This document shows, piece by piece, positions 12,548 through 23,422 of a stretch of 64,000 nucleotides of DNA. The notes beneath the pieces are model-generated. The model was not told the DNA's origin, did not search any database, and saw nothing but the letters and a program-made list of their open reading frames with translations. Position 1 is the first letter of the stretch. Every line of letters begins with the position of its first letter. The position numbers and the translations under genes are program-made. Where the stretch lies: NCBI RefSeq assembly GCF_009931435.1, contig NZ_CP043414.1; one strand, given 5' to 3'. The DNA comes from Escherichia coli (GTDB lineage: Bacteria > Pseudomonadota > Gammaproteobacteria > Enterobacterales > Enterobacteriaceae).

Positions 12548-13741
12548 CTAAAGCGCACCGGCCTTCTGGCGTGCGGTAACAAAGGTCAGTACGCCAGCGC
12601 AAAGGAGCAGCACGCTACTCATAGCAAACGTGCTCTGCCAGCCAAGGCGGTCAAACACAATGCCTCCTGCCGTTGATCCAAGGGCGATGGCGAGCTGAAT
12701 CACCGCGACCATGAGCCCGCCTCCGGCTTCGGCGTTGTCAGGCAACGTACGCGCAATCCATGTCCACCATCCGGTTGGCGCGGCGGTGGCCAGCATGCCC
12801 CAGAGTCCTAACAGCAGCGAGACCGTCCAGACGTGATGCCCGATAAGCATCAGACCGATAGCAATGACGGCCATAAGTCCGGGTATGGCCATCAGCGTGG
12901 GGTAGAATTTTCTGTTGAGAAATGCCGAAACAACCAGCGTGCCAATAAAACCGGCCACGCCGATAATCAGCAAAATCAACGACAAGCCTGAGGAATTAAC
13001 CCGTGTCACCGACTCCAGAAACGGGCGCACATAGGTGAATAGCGCAAACTGCCCCATGAAAAACAGGCCACAAGCTATCATGCCGACCACAACCATGCGG
13101 CGGCTAAATAAGCGGAATACCGTGCCAAATGACGTGTGGCTTTTATTCGCATCCATACTGGGCAGGCTGATGCACTGCCAGATAAAGGCGACAACCGCCA
13201 TGGGCACCAGGCACAAGAAAGCGCCTCGCCATCCGACCGTAGCCCCCAGATAGCTTCCCAGCGGCGCGGCCACGACCGTCGCCAGCGCATTACCGGCATT
13301 GAAAATCGCCAGCGCACGCGTGACCTGTTGCTGCGGCACCAGACGAATCGCCGTTGCCGCAGACATCGACCAGAATCCGCCAATAGCCACACCAATCATC
13401 GCACGACCGACCATATACATCAGATAACTGGAAGCCAGCGCAATAATAAGCCCCGAGACGGCCATCAGAACCGTCATCCCCAGCAGCAGGAACTTACGAT
13501 TCATCTTTCCAGCTAGCGTTGAAAGCGTCAGGCTGGTCAGAACCGCCAGCGCGCCGGAGATAGCAATCCCCTGCCCTGCCAGCCCCTCCGTCACGCCTAA
13601 ATCGCGGGTAATCGGCGTGAGCAGGCTGACGGGCATAAATTCAGAAGCAATCAGCACAAACACGCACAGGGTCATGGCAAAAATACCGCCCCAGTATGCG
13701 TGCTGATGATGAGGTGATGGTGTTTGGCTTAGTGTCGACAT
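12548..13741 (-). CDS. MFS-family transporter
   Basis: 397-aa ORF, about 12 hydrophobic helices, typical MFS composition; no specific ortholog recognised. A hairpin (about 12479-12503) followed by a T-run on the minus strand looks like its terminator. Confidence 0.75.
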   Translation of the reverse strand: MSTLSQTPSPHHQHAYWGGIFAMTLCVFVLIASEFMPVSLLTPITRDLGVTEGLAGQGIAISGALAVLTSLTLSTLAGKMNRKFLLLGMTVLMAVSGLIIALASSYLMYMVGRAMIGVAIGGFWSMSAATAIRLVPQQQVTRALAIFNAGNALATVVAAPLGSYLGATVGWRGAFLCLVPMAVVAFIWQCISLPSMDANKSHTSFGTVFRLFSRRMVVVGMIACGLFFMGQFALFTYVRPFLESVTRVNSSGLSLILLIIGVAGFIGTLVVSAFLNRKFYPTLMAIPGLMAVIAIGLMLIGHHVWTVSLLLGLWGMLATAAPTGWWTWIARTLPDNAEAGGGLMVAVIQLAIALGSTAGGIVFDRLGWQSTFAMSSVLLLCAGVLTFVTARQKAGAL

Positions 13742-13816
13742 AGTGAAATTTCACAAAGATCAGGATAAAAGCCACCGGCCATAGACCGGTGGCTTTGCAT
13801 CAATTCAGGAGAGGTT

Positions 13817-14965
13817 TTATTTCAGTTTGGTCTGGAAAAATTGTTCGAACTTCGCGAAAGGTATTTTTCCGGCCACGTTATCGTACAGGTCCACGTGATT
13901 TGCCCCTGGTACCACCACCAGCTCTTTGTCTTTACTGCCAACCGCCTTGTAAGCATCTTCAGCAAAATAGCGTGAATGCGCTTTCTCACCGGTCACAATC
14001 AGCGTCGGAATGGTGATTTCACTGGCGTAGCTCAACAGCGGCATATTCATAAATGACAGCGGCATCGTTGCCGTCCACGCCCCGGTAGAGTTAACGGAAC
14101 GTTCGTGGAAGCCGCGCGGCATGCGATAGTAGTCAAAGAACTCTTTCAGTACCGGATGAGGATTTGCCGGCAGCGTTTCTGGCAGAATACGCTCGCCCGC
14201 ACTGACCTTGCCGTTGCTGTCGACATTAATATCATGACCACCGTGAGCGAACGTTCCGCTCTGCGCATCCTTCCAGCGCTGTTCATTCAGATATTGCAGA
14301 ACAGCACGACGGTCGGCGGTAGAATAACGGTCTTTGCCATCCCCCACACCATGGCCCATCGCCCGGCTCATGTCATACATCACGCTGGTAGCTACCGCTT
14401 TAACGCGGGTATCCATCGCCGCGTCGTTCAGCGCCATGCCGCCCCAGCCACAAATACCGAGCAGCCCGATACGGTTGCGATCTACCTCTTTTTGCAGCCC
14501 TAAGAAATCCACCGCCGCGCTGAAATCTTCAGTGTTGATATCCGGTGAAGCGACGTTTCGCGGATAGCCGCCGCTTTCCCCGGTGTAAGAAGGATCGAAC
14601 GCCAGGGTAACAAACCCTCGTTCCGCCAGCGTCTGCGCATACAGGCCGCTGGATTGCTCTTTCACCGCGCCAAATGGCCCACTGACCGCAATCGCCGCCA
14701 GCTTGCGATCGCCACGGTCTTTAGGCAGGTAAAGATCGCCCACTAAGGTGATGCCATATCGGTTCGGGAACGAGACTTTACGGTGATCGACTTTCTGGCT
14801 CTCGGCGAACGTTTTATCCCATTTATCTGTCATGGACACAGGGGCATTAGGATTGGTTGAATCAGCATAACTCATTGTCGTGACTCCACTTAATGATGCG
14901 AAAAGCAGCATGGTCGGCATCGCGATTTTTAGCGTTCGGGTGAAGGCTTTCATAAAAATCCCCAT
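13817..14965 (-). CDS. Secreted alpha/beta-hydrolase-like protein (dienelactone-hydrolase-like, Cys in nucleophile position)
   Basis: Track ORF 13817-14974 begins with TTG; first ATG placed at 14965 (start uncertain). Signal peptide-like N-terminus; nucleophile-elbow-like GICGWGG with Cys rather than Ser. Confidence 0.65.
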   Translation of the reverse strand: MGIFMKAFTRTLKIAMPTMLLFASLSGVTTMSYADSTNPNAPVSMTDKWDKTFAESQKVDHRKVSFPNRYGITLVGDLYLPKDRGDRKLAAIAVSGPFGAVKEQSSGLYAQTLAERGFVTLAFDPSYTGESGGYPRNVASPDINTEDFSAAVDFLGLQKEVDRNRIGLLGICGWGGMALNDAAMDTRVKAVATSVMYDMSRAMGHGVGDGKDRYSTADRRAVLQYLNEQRWKDAQSGTFAHGGHDINVDSNGKVSAGERILPETLPANPHPVLKEFFDYYRMPRGFHERSVNSTGAWTATMPLSFMNMPLLSYASEITIPTLIVTGEKAHSRYFAEDAYKAVGSKDKELVVVPGANHVDLYDNVAGKIPFAKFEQFFQTKLK

Positions 14966-15139
14966 AAAAAACAACAGAGAGATACAGGTTTCCGACGGAC
15001 AACACTGCGGTGCTTTACTTTGATGGGGTCATTATAGTGAGCAGAATTAGTGCTGATTAGGGGGCGATTAATGCTAAGATTAATACCATATTGTTATAAA
15101 TTAATGCGGAGATTGCCGGCATGAAGGGGGGATGTTTCA

Positions 15140-16024
15140 ATGGCGAAAAGGGAGAACTACAACGAGCTGTACCTGTTTATGCAGGTGGTGCGGGAAGGCA
15201 GCTTTACCGCAGCGGCTCAGCGGCTGGGTCTTGCTCAGTCAGGAGTCAGCCGTTCTGTTCGCGAGCTTGAAGAAAGGCTCGGCGTCCAGCTGCTGGTGCG
15301 CACCACGCGTAAACTGTCGCTGACGCAAGCAGGCGAGCAGCTCTACCAGAAGACGGCATCTGGATTTGAAATGTTAGATCTTGGGCTTGCCACACTGGCG
15401 CACTATCGAGAGACGCCCTCCGGCACGGTGCGTATCAATGCCAGCCAGCACGCGATTGATAAATGCCTGCTGCCAAAGCTGGCGGTATTTAAACAGCGAT
15501 ATCCTGATATCCGGCTTGAACTGATAAATGAGAGCCGGTTCGTCGATATCATCGAGGAAAGATTCGATGCTGGTGTCCGCCTGGGGCCTGAAGTCGGCCA
15601 GGGTATGGTCGCGGTACGCATCACGCCCGATATGGAGATGGCAATTGTGGGGACTCCGGAACATTTTCGTCGCTATGGTTTTCCGCAAACCCCGGCGGAT
15701 TTAAAGGCGCATCCCTGTATCGCCTATCAGTTTGCCGACGGCAGCGTATACCAGTGGGAACTCAATCAGGATGATAAAAAAATCACTCATCGCCCTGAAG
15801 GGCAATGGGCCCTATCCGACAGCTATATGGAAGCAGAAGCCGCACGGCTGGGCCTCGGATTGGCCTATGTTCCTGTTGAACTGGTTGCGGATGATTTAGA
15901 ACACGGTAAGCTTATCAGAGTGTTGCAGCGTTACAGCCTGCGAATGGAGGGATTGTTTCTCTATTACCCTCATCGCAACGTCTCCCCCGCTCTGCGGATG
16001 GTCATTGATACATTGAAAATCTGA
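15140..16024 (+). CDS. LysR-family transcriptional regulator
   Basis: 294 aa; N-terminal HTH (FTAAAQRLGLAQSGVSRSVRELEERLGVQLL) and LysR substrate-binding domain; divergent from the hydrolase gene. Confidence 0.8.
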   Translation: MAKRENYNELYLFMQVVREGSFTAAAQRLGLAQSGVSRSVRELEERLGVQLLVRTTRKLSLTQAGEQLYQKTASGFEMLDLGLATLAHYRETPSGTVRINASQHAIDKCLLPKLAVFKQRYPDIRLELINESRFVDIIEERFDAGVRLGPEVGQGMVAVRITPDMEMAIVGTPEHFRRYGFPQTPADLKAHPCIAYQFADGSVYQWELNQDDKKITHRPEGQWALSDSYMEAEAARLGLGLAYVPVELVADDLEHGKLIRVLQRYSLRMEGLFLYYPHRNVSPALRMVIDTLKI

Positions 16025-16734
16025 ACGTTAACAACGACCGACTCTTCACTGTGCAATATTGTGTCAGGTAGTCACTCTGCGTTCAATTCCAGGGGCCGCT
16101 TTGAGCGAGAAAGAGCGGACTTATCTGTACAAGGGGACTATCCAGCAATGGAGATCACCCATAAGAAAAAAGTACCTGGCTCCCTCGACAACCTTCATCC
16201 GGGAATTTAGCCTCAATCAACATTTTTATATCTGTCAGGTTACTTCATTATGAAAACCGATCAATATCGTTGTTTTTGTTGCAATAGTAGAATACGCCTA
16301 TTTATTCCTCCATTTCTATTAATAACGGCCATAAACCGTTCACTTCACTGATATTTAAAATATGCATCCTTTTCCTGCTTTTCAAGTTGTTCAGCGGCGT
16401 AAGAAAACGTATTAAATATGAATTCGACGATTTAACCATTTCTGTCTGATTGGTAATCATCTGTGATTAATGCTGGTCTATTGATTACGCCAGCATTAAC
16501 CGCTTAGGGATGTATTCTTCCTGATCATATACATCCCTCGAAAAAGAGAGAAAATAAAACTGTGTCCAATATTACTCTACCACTCCAGACCGAAGTATCG
16601 GTAGAATTAGCAGAACGACTGGTACAATAGATTGGGATAGCGTCATTTGTCAGGTATTCCATTGCCTGACAAATGACAATTTTGAGTCAATAGACGTGCT
16701 TCTTGATCATGTCTTACAAATTATACCATGAACC

Positions 16735-17007
16735 TTATGAAGCATCATTTTTACTGACTGGTGTTAACTTTGCTATCATATAAACTCTGTTCTTAAAAAA
16801 CGCGCCCAGAATTTTATATGATTTCCCTTGTTTTTCTGCCTGTAAAGAAATTTCTTTTTCAGTGCTGTTAATGGTTGAACCGACGGCAGTAATCTTTTTG
16901 GCGACGCTACTGAATGATAATAAAGACAGTGTAACCACAACAATTAAAGAACAGATAGTATTCACGTTAATTCTCCTGACAATTGAGAGGGTGAGTTTTA
17001 TATACAT
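16735..17007 (-). CDS. Small secreted DUF1471-like (YdgH/BhsA/McbA-family) protein
   Basis: 90-aa ORF in an AT-rich stretch; signal-peptide-like N-terminus; mature part (KITAVGSTINSTEKEISLQAEKQGKSYKIL...YMIAKL) fits the DUF1471 pattern of small stress/biofilm proteins. No convincing SD. Confidence 0.4.
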   Translation of the reverse strand: MYIKLTLSIVRRINVNTICSLIVVVTLSLLSFSSVAKKITAVGSTINSTEKEISLQAEKQGKSYKILGAFFKNRVYMIAKLTPVSKNDAS

Positions 17008-17176
17008 AGGTATTAAACATGAGTCATATTTACTCCAAGAGAAAACACTCCTTCTGTAATTAAACCTTCATCTCCTTCGGGGTGAGCAATACATAATGCA
17101 TCTTGCTATGCAAAACAGGTGGATATCAATTTTCCTCCCGACCTATTTAATAAAACGTGAATATAAAAGTTATTCT

Positions 17177-17899
17177 TCAGTTTGCAGATGCAGTAGGTCT
17201 GATGGTAATTTCGGTTGTATCAACGCTTTCGGGAGATTCAATAATATGCCTTACAGCACGGGCAATATCCGCGGGTTGAAGTGCAACAGAACGGTAGGCG
17301 TTCATTGACTTCATGGTTTCCACATGGGTAATGGTTGAAGCCAGTTCACTTTCTACAACCCCAGGATTTACGCAGGTCACACGGATTTTCGAGCTTTCCT
17401 GCCGTAAGCCATCAGAAATAGCCCGTACTGCAAATTTTGATGCGCAATAGACTGCGCCTGTGGGCACAACAGAAAGGGCACCAATAGAACCAAGATTGAT
17501 TATCTGACCGGAACCCTGTGCTTCCATCACCGGAAGTACAGCGCCAATTCCCCAAAGTACGCCTTTGATATTCACGTCAATAGTGAGCTCCCATTCATTT
17601 TGTTTTCCTGCTGCAAGCGGTGAAAGCGGCATAACGCCCGCATTATTGATAAGAACATCAACTCGCCCCCAGCTATCCAGCGCTGCTTGCACGAAATCTG
17701 CCATGGACTGTCGGTCTGTGACATCCAACTCCCGCGCTTTAGCAATTCCTCCTGCGCGGCAGATTTCTTTTGCAATGGCTTCGATACGCTCAAGTCTGCG
17801 TGCTCCCAGTAAAACCTTTGCACCTGCCGTTCCCAGCTCTCTGGCAATACCTTCCCCAATACCACTTGATGCGCCGGTGATTAATATGACCTTATCCAT
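17177..17899 (-). CDS. Short-chain dehydrogenase/reductase (SDR)
   Basis: Track ORF starts at a TTG (17914); start placed at ATG 17899 (MDKVILITGASSGIGEG, classic TGxxxGxG NAD(P)-binding motif) with AAGGAG SD 7 nt upstream. Confidence 0.8.
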   Translation of the reverse strand: MDKVILITGASSGIGEGIARELGTAGAKVLLGARRLERIEAIAKEICRAGGIAKARELDVTDRQSMADFVQAALDSWGRVDVLINNAGVMPLSPLAAGKQNEWELTIDVNIKGVLWGIGAVLPVMEAQGSGQIINLGSIGALSVVPTGAVYCASKFAVRAISDGLRQESSKIRVTCVNPGVVESELASTITHVETMKSMNAYRSVALQPADIARAVRHIIESPESVDTTEITIRPTASAN

Positions 17900-17997
17900 T
17901 ACGTTCTCCTTCAAATGTGTTCGGAGAGAGAATAGAACTTTATGATTGGTTCCAGTATCCTGCTTTCAATGTACTCAATGGTTAGCGGCATTAAACA

Positions 17998-18897
17998 ATG
18001 AAAATCGATCTTAATCTTTTACCCATTTTTATCGCGGTAGCAGAAGAGAGTAATTTCAGTAAAGCCGCCGCACGACTGGGCGTTACCCGTTCAGCGGTCA
18101 GTCAGGGAATAAGACGTCTTGAAGATGCATTCGGGACAATGCTTGTAATGCGGACCACGCGCTCAGTTAATTTGACGGAAGCGGGAGAACGGCTGCATAA
18201 ATCGTTGTCATTACCTTTATCCGGTATTGAGGCAGCGTTCGAAGAGATGGTCTCTGACCATGTACCACGTGGACATCTCAGAATCGCGGTGACGTCGATA
18301 GCAGAAGAATTTCTTTCAGGTCCGCTAATCGCTTCGTTTGCAGCTGCCAATCCAGCCGTTACGCTTGATATTGTTGTCACGGATGAGGAATTCGATATCG
18401 TTGCCGCAGGTTACGATGCTGGCGTAAGGCTCGGAGAGGTCATTGAAAAAGACATGATTGCTGTTCCCCTTACCGGTAAGCAGCGTGAGATGGTCGTTGC
18501 CTCTCCCTCCTATCTCGCAGCCAACAGCACACCTGTTCATCCGCGCGAACTTGTGAATCATAAGTGTATCGGCTGGCGTCAGTCCCCGGAGGTTGCGCCT
18601 TATCGCTGGCCATTTGAAGAAAACGGTAGAGCTTTCGACCTTGCGATTGAACCGCAGATTACGACGAATGATCTGCGTCTGATGTTGAGGCTGGCTCTTG
18701 CCGGCGGAGGAATAACAATTGCCACTCAGGAAACGTTCAGGCCATATATTGAAAGCGGTAAGCTTGTATCGCTGCTTGATGACTTTCTTCCACAATTTCC
18801 GGGCTTCTATCTGTATTTCCCACAGCGTCGCAATATTGCACCAAAGCTCCGCGCCCTGATTGACCACGTCAAGGAATGGCGGCAGCAATTGGCTTAA
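17998..18897 (+). CDS. LysR-family transcriptional regulator
   Basis: 299 aa, HTH near N-terminus (FSKAAARLGVTRSAVSQGIRRLE); divergently transcribed from the SDR gene. Confidence 0.8.
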   Translation: MKIDLNLLPIFIAVAEESNFSKAAARLGVTRSAVSQGIRRLEDAFGTMLVMRTTRSVNLTEAGERLHKSLSLPLSGIEAAFEEMVSDHVPRGHLRIAVTSIAEEFLSGPLIASFAAANPAVTLDIVVTDEEFDIVAAGYDAGVRLGEVIEKDMIAVPLTGKQREMVVASPSYLAANSTPVHPRELVNHKCIGWRQSPEVAPYRWPFEENGRAFDLAIEPQITTNDLRLMLRLALAGGGITIATQETFRPYIESGKLVSLLDDFLPQFPGFYLYFPQRRNIAPKLRALIDHVKEWRQQLA

Positions 18898-19024
18898 ATG
18901 TCTGCACCTGCACTGCCTGATGTCAGAACAGTATTTTGAGAAATTGCCAGGGTTACAATGGCACAAATACGGCACAGGAGGAAAACGTGGTGTAATTGAA
19001 TGTGAGGTAACTTATTGATTTAAA

Positions 19025-19100
19025 TGGTGCCGATAATAGGAGTCGAACCTACGACCTTCGCATTACGAATGCGCTGCTCTACCAACTGAGCTATATCGGC
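19025..19100 (-). tRNA. thrW: tRNA-Thr (anticodon CGU)
   Basis: Reverse complement reads GCCGATATAGCTCAGTTGGTAGAGCAGCGCATTCGTAATGCGAAGGTCGTAGGTTCGACTCCTATTATCGGCACCA: 76 nt, cloverleaf arms, anticodon loop TTCGTAA, 3' CCA; downstream of proA as thrW is in E. coli. Confidence 0.9.
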
Positions 19101-19214
19101 CCTGAAAGGACATGTTCACGAGCGTGAATCACGGTGGACAAGGTTAAAACTAACCGGGCGATGCGTCAATGGCCTTGTGAATCAAATGGCTACTTTTGCA
19201 TCACCCGGTTTTAT

Positions 19215-20468
19215 TTATGCACGAATGGTGTAATCACCAATGCCGATCCACTTGTAGGTGGTCAGAGCTTCCAGCCCCATTGGGCCGCGCGCGTGGAGTT
19301 TTTGTGTGCTTACCGCAACTTCCGCACCCAGACCAAACTGGCCGCCGTCGGTAAACCGCGTAGAGGCGTTAACGTAAACAGCGGAGGAATCCACTTCGTT
19401 GACAAAACGCTGGGCATTACGCATATCGCGGGTCAGGATCGCATCGGAGTGTTGCGTACCGTGTTCACGAATATGGGCGATGGCATCGTCAAGATCGCTG
19501 ACGATTTTGACGTTCAAGTCTAATGACAGGAACTCATCGTCATACTCTTCGGCTTTAACAGCCACCACCTTCGCGGGGCCTGCCTGCAACTGCGCCAGCG
19601 CAGTTGCGTCAGCGTGTAATGTCACGCCGCTTTCCGCCATTTGCTTGCTTAATGCGGGCAGGAAGCTATCTGCGATGTTTTTATTTACCAGCAACGTTTC
19701 TACCGTATTACACGTGCTCGGGCGCTGAGTTTTCGCGTTGACAATCACTTTCAATGCTTCAGCGATCTCTGCACTTTCATCAACGTAAATATGGCATACG
19801 CCTATACCACCTGTGATTACCGGAATCGTCGACTGCTCGCGGCACAGTTTATGCAACCCAGCCCCGCCGCGTGGGATCAGCATGTCGATGTATTTATCCA
19901 TACGCAGCAGTTCACTGACCAGCGCACGGTCAGGATTATCAATCGCCTGCACGGCACCCGCCGGTAAACCGCAGGATTTCAGGGCGTCCTGAATCACCGC
20001 CACCGTTGCAGCGTTAGTGCGACAGGTTTCTTTGCCGCCACGCAGAATCACTGCATTACCGGTTTTCAGGCACAGCGAAGCGACATCAACCGTCACGTTC
20101 GGGCGCGCTTCATAAATCACGCCAATCACCCCCAGCGGCACGCGACGGCGTTCCAGGCGCAGGCCACTGTCCAGCACGCCACCATCAATCACCTGCCCCA
20201 CCGGATCGGCGAGGTTACACACCTGGCGCACATCATCGGCAATGCTTTTCAGCCGTGCGGGCGTCAGTGCCAGGCGGTCAAGCATCGCTTCGCTAAGGCC
20301 ATTGGCACGCGCGTCAGCAACATCCTGGGCGTTAGCATTGAGGATGCTTTCGCTTTGTGCTTCCAGTTCATCGGCGATTTTTTCCAGCACGCGATTTTTT
20401 TCGCGACTGGAGAGTTGCGCTAAATTATACGAGGCTTGCTTCGCGGCAATGCCCATTTGTTCCAGCAT
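19215..20468 (-). CDS. proA: ProA, gamma-glutamyl phosphate reductase
   Basis: 417 aa, recognised as E. coli ProA ([36 protein letters not shown]...). Confidence 0.95.
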   Translation of the reverse strand: MLEQMGIAAKQASYNLAQLSSREKNRVLEKIADELEAQSESILNANAQDVADARANGLSEAMLDRLALTPARLKSIADDVRQVCNLADPVGQVIDGGVLDSGLRLERRRVPLGVIGVIYEARPNVTVDVASLCLKTGNAVILRGGKETCRTNAATVAVIQDALKSCGLPAGAVQAIDNPDRALVSELLRMDKYIDMLIPRGGAGLHKLCREQSTIPVITGGIGVCHIYVDESAEIAEALKVIVNAKTQRPSTCNTVETLLVNKNIADSFLPALSKQMAESGVTLHADATALAQLQAGPAKVVAVKAEEYDDEFLSLDLNVKIVSDLDDAIAHIREHGTQHSDAILTRDMRNAQRFVNEVDSSAVYVNASTRFTDGGQFGLGAEVAVSTQKLHARGPMGLEALTTYKWIGIGDYTIRA

Positions 20469-20478
20469 CGGCTGCTCC

Positions 20479-21582
20479 TTAACGGGTAATCATATCATCA
20501 CGGTGAACGGCAACCGGGCCGTATTCATATCCCAGTATTGCATCAATTTCTTGCGAGTGGTGTCCGGCAATACGGCGTAATGCATCGCTGTTGTAACGAC
20601 TGACGCCGTGGGCGATATCGCGACCTTCGAGGTTGCAAATGCGAATGACTTCACCACGCGAGAAGTTGCCGGTTACGCTTTTAATGCCTTTCGGCAACAG
20701 GGAGCTGCCGCGTTCAAGAATGGCGGCGGTTGCCCCTTCATCTACCGTGATTTCACCCGCAGGTGGCGCACCGAAAATCCAACGTTTGCGGTTTTCAAGC
20801 GGAGTCGCCTGGGCATGGAACAGCGTACCGACGGAAATACCTTCCATCACATCACCAATGACACCCGGCTTACTGCCCGCGGCAATAATGGTGTCGATAC
20901 CCGCACGGCAAGCCACGTCAGCGGCCTGCAATTTAGTGCTCATGCCGCCGGTTCCAAGACCTGAAACGCTGTCACCGGCAATCGCGCGCAGTGCGTCATC
21001 AATGCCGTACACATCTTTAATCAGTTCTGCCTGCGGATTGCTACGCGGGTCAGCGGTATACAAACCTTTTTGATCGGTCAGCAACAACAGTTTATCGGCA
21101 CCTGCCAGAATCGCCGCCAGCGCCGAAAGGTTATCGTTATCGCCGACTTTAATCTCTGCAGTAGCGACAGCATCGTTCTCATTAATTACCGGGACAATGT
21201 TGTTATCGAGCAGCGCACGAAGGGTATCCCGCGCGTTAAGGAAGCGTTCACGGTCTTCCATATCAGCACGAGTTAGCAGCATCTGCCCGACGTGAATGCC
21301 ATAAATCGAAAACAGCTGTTCCCACAGTTGAATCAGTCGACTCTGCCCTACCGCCGCCAGAAGTTGTTTCGAGGCGATAGTCGCTGGCAGTTCCGGGTAA
21401 CCCAGGTGCTCACGTCCGGCGGCAATCGCCCCCGACGTCACAATTACAATCCGATGCCCGGCGGCATGTAGCTGCGCGCACTGGCGAACAAGTTCAACGA
21501 TATGGGCACGGTTCAGGCGGCGCGATCCGCCTGTTAGCACACTGGTGCCGAGTTTTACCACCAGCGTCTGGCTGTCACTCAT
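20479..21582 (-). CDS. proB: ProB, glutamate 5-kinase
   Basis: Track ORF 20479-21669; ProB is 367 aa starting [19 protein letters not shown], so start placed at in-frame ATG 21582. Confidence 0.95.
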
Positions 21583-21770
21583 GATTCTCTGCCATTCAAT
21601 TTTAGGGAAAATGATATCAAACGAACGTTTTAGCAGGACTGTCGCCGGTTGCCAACCATCTGCAAGCAAAGCATGGCGTTTTGTTGCGCGGGATCAGCAA
21701 GCGTAGCGGCAGTTGTTTACGCTTTTATTACAGATTTAATAAATTACCACATTTTAAGAATATCATTAAT

Positions 21771-21796
21771 CTGTAATATATCTTTAACAATCTCAG
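21771..21796 (+). promoter_or_regulatory. Pho box (PhoB binding site) in the phoE promoter
   Basis: CTGTAATATATCTTTAACAATCTCAG about 75 nt upstream of the phoE start matches the CTGTCATA-type direct-repeat Pho box; further TTACAG/TTACCAC repeats upstream. Confidence 0.5.
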
Positions 21797-21869
21797 GTTA
21801 AAAACTTTCCTGTTTTCAACGGGGCTCTCCCGCTGAATATTCGCGCGTTAATTAAAATCAGGAATGAAA

Positions 21870-22925
21870 ATGAAAAAGAGCACTCTGGCATTAGTGGTGA
21901 TGGGCATTGTGGCATCGGCATCCGTACAGGCCGCAGAAATATATAACAAAGACGGTAATAAACTGGATATCTATGGCAAAGTTAAAGCCATGCATTATAT
22001 GAGCGATAATGACAGTAAAGATGGCGACCAAAGTTATATCCGTTTTGGTTTTAAAGGCGAAACACAAATTAACGATCAACTGACCGGTTATGGTCGCTGG
22101 GAAGCAGAGTTTGCCGGAAATAAAGCAGAGAGTGATACTGCTCAGCAAAAAACGCGTCTTGCCTTTGCCGGGTTGAAATATAAAGATTTGGGTTCTTTCG
22201 ACTATGGTCGTAACCTGGGGGCGCTGTATGACGTGGAAGCATGGACCGATATGTTCCCGGAATTCGGCGGCGATTCCTCCGCGCAGACAGACAACTTTAT
22301 GACCAAACGCGCCAGCAGTCTGGCAACGTATCGGAACACCGACTTCTTCGGCGTTATCGATGGTCTGAACTTAACCCTGCAATATCAAGGAAAAAACGAA
22401 AACCGCGACGTTAAAAAGCAAAACGGTGATGGCTTCGGCACGTCATTGACATATGACTTTGGCGGCAGCGATTTTGCCATTAGTGGGGCCTATACCAACT
22501 CCGATCGCACCAACGAGCAGAACCTGCAAAGCCGTGGCACGGGCAAGCGTGCAGAAGCATGGGCAACAGGCCTGAAATACGATGCCAATAATATTTACCT
22601 GGCAACTTTCTATTCTGAAACGCGTAAAATGACGCCAATCTCTGGTGGTTTTGCCAATAAGACGCAGAACTTTGAAGCAGTCGCTCAATACCAATTCGAC
22701 TTTGGCCTGCGTCCATCGCTGGGTTATGTCTTATCGAAAGGGAAAGATATTGAGGGCATCGGTGATGAGGATCTGGTCAATTATATTGATGTCGGTGCTA
22801 CATATTATTTCAACAAAAATATGTCGGCCTTTGTTGATTATAAAATCAACCAACTGGACAGCGATAACAAATTAAATATTAATAATGATGATATTGTCGC
22901 GGTTGGGATGACCTATCAGTTTTAA
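21870..22925 (+). CDS. phoE: PhoE, phosphate-starvation outer membrane porin
   Basis: Track ORF begins MKMKKSTL; PhoE precursor is 351 aa starting [21 protein letters not shown], so start at 21870 (AGGA SD 7 nt upstream). Confidence 0.95.
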   Translation: MKKSTLALVVMGIVASASVQAAEIYNKDGNKLDIYGKVKAMHYMSDNDSKDGDQSYIRFGFKGETQINDQLTGYGRWEAEFAGNKAESDTAQQKTRLAFAGLKYKDLGSFDYGRNLGALYDVEAWTDMFPEFGGDSSAQTDNFMTKRASSLATYRNTDFFGVIDGLNLTLQYQGKNENRDVKKQNGDGFGTSLTYDFGGSDFAISGAYTNSDRTNEQNLQSRGTGKRAEAWATGLKYDANNIYLATFYSETRKMTPISGGFANKTQNFEAVAQYQFDFGLRPSLGYVLSKGKDIEGIGDEDLVNYIDVGATYYFNKNMSAFVDYKINQLDSDNKLNINNDDIVAVGMTYQF

Positions 22926-22933
22926 TGGAGATT

Positions 22934-22960
22934 GCCGGATGCGGCGCATCCGGCACTTTT
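22934..22960. terminator. Hairpin terminator between convergent phoE and crl
   Basis: GCCGGATGCG...CGCATCCGGC perfect stem followed by ACTTTT, immediately after the phoE stop. Confidence 0.5.
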
Positions 22961-22963
22961 CAC

Positions 22964-23422
<459 letters not shown>

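Noticed and set aside
12278-12676. 132-aa ORF downstream of paoD
   Set aside because: Spans the paoD 3' end, a terminator hairpin and the antisense of the MFS gene 3' end; not coherent coding sequence.
18898-19214. Prophage integrase or att-site remnants next to thrW
   Set aside because: Looked for but not seen: the tRNA is flanked directly by the LysR gene and proA, with no repeat of the tRNA 3' end in the adjacent 2 kb.
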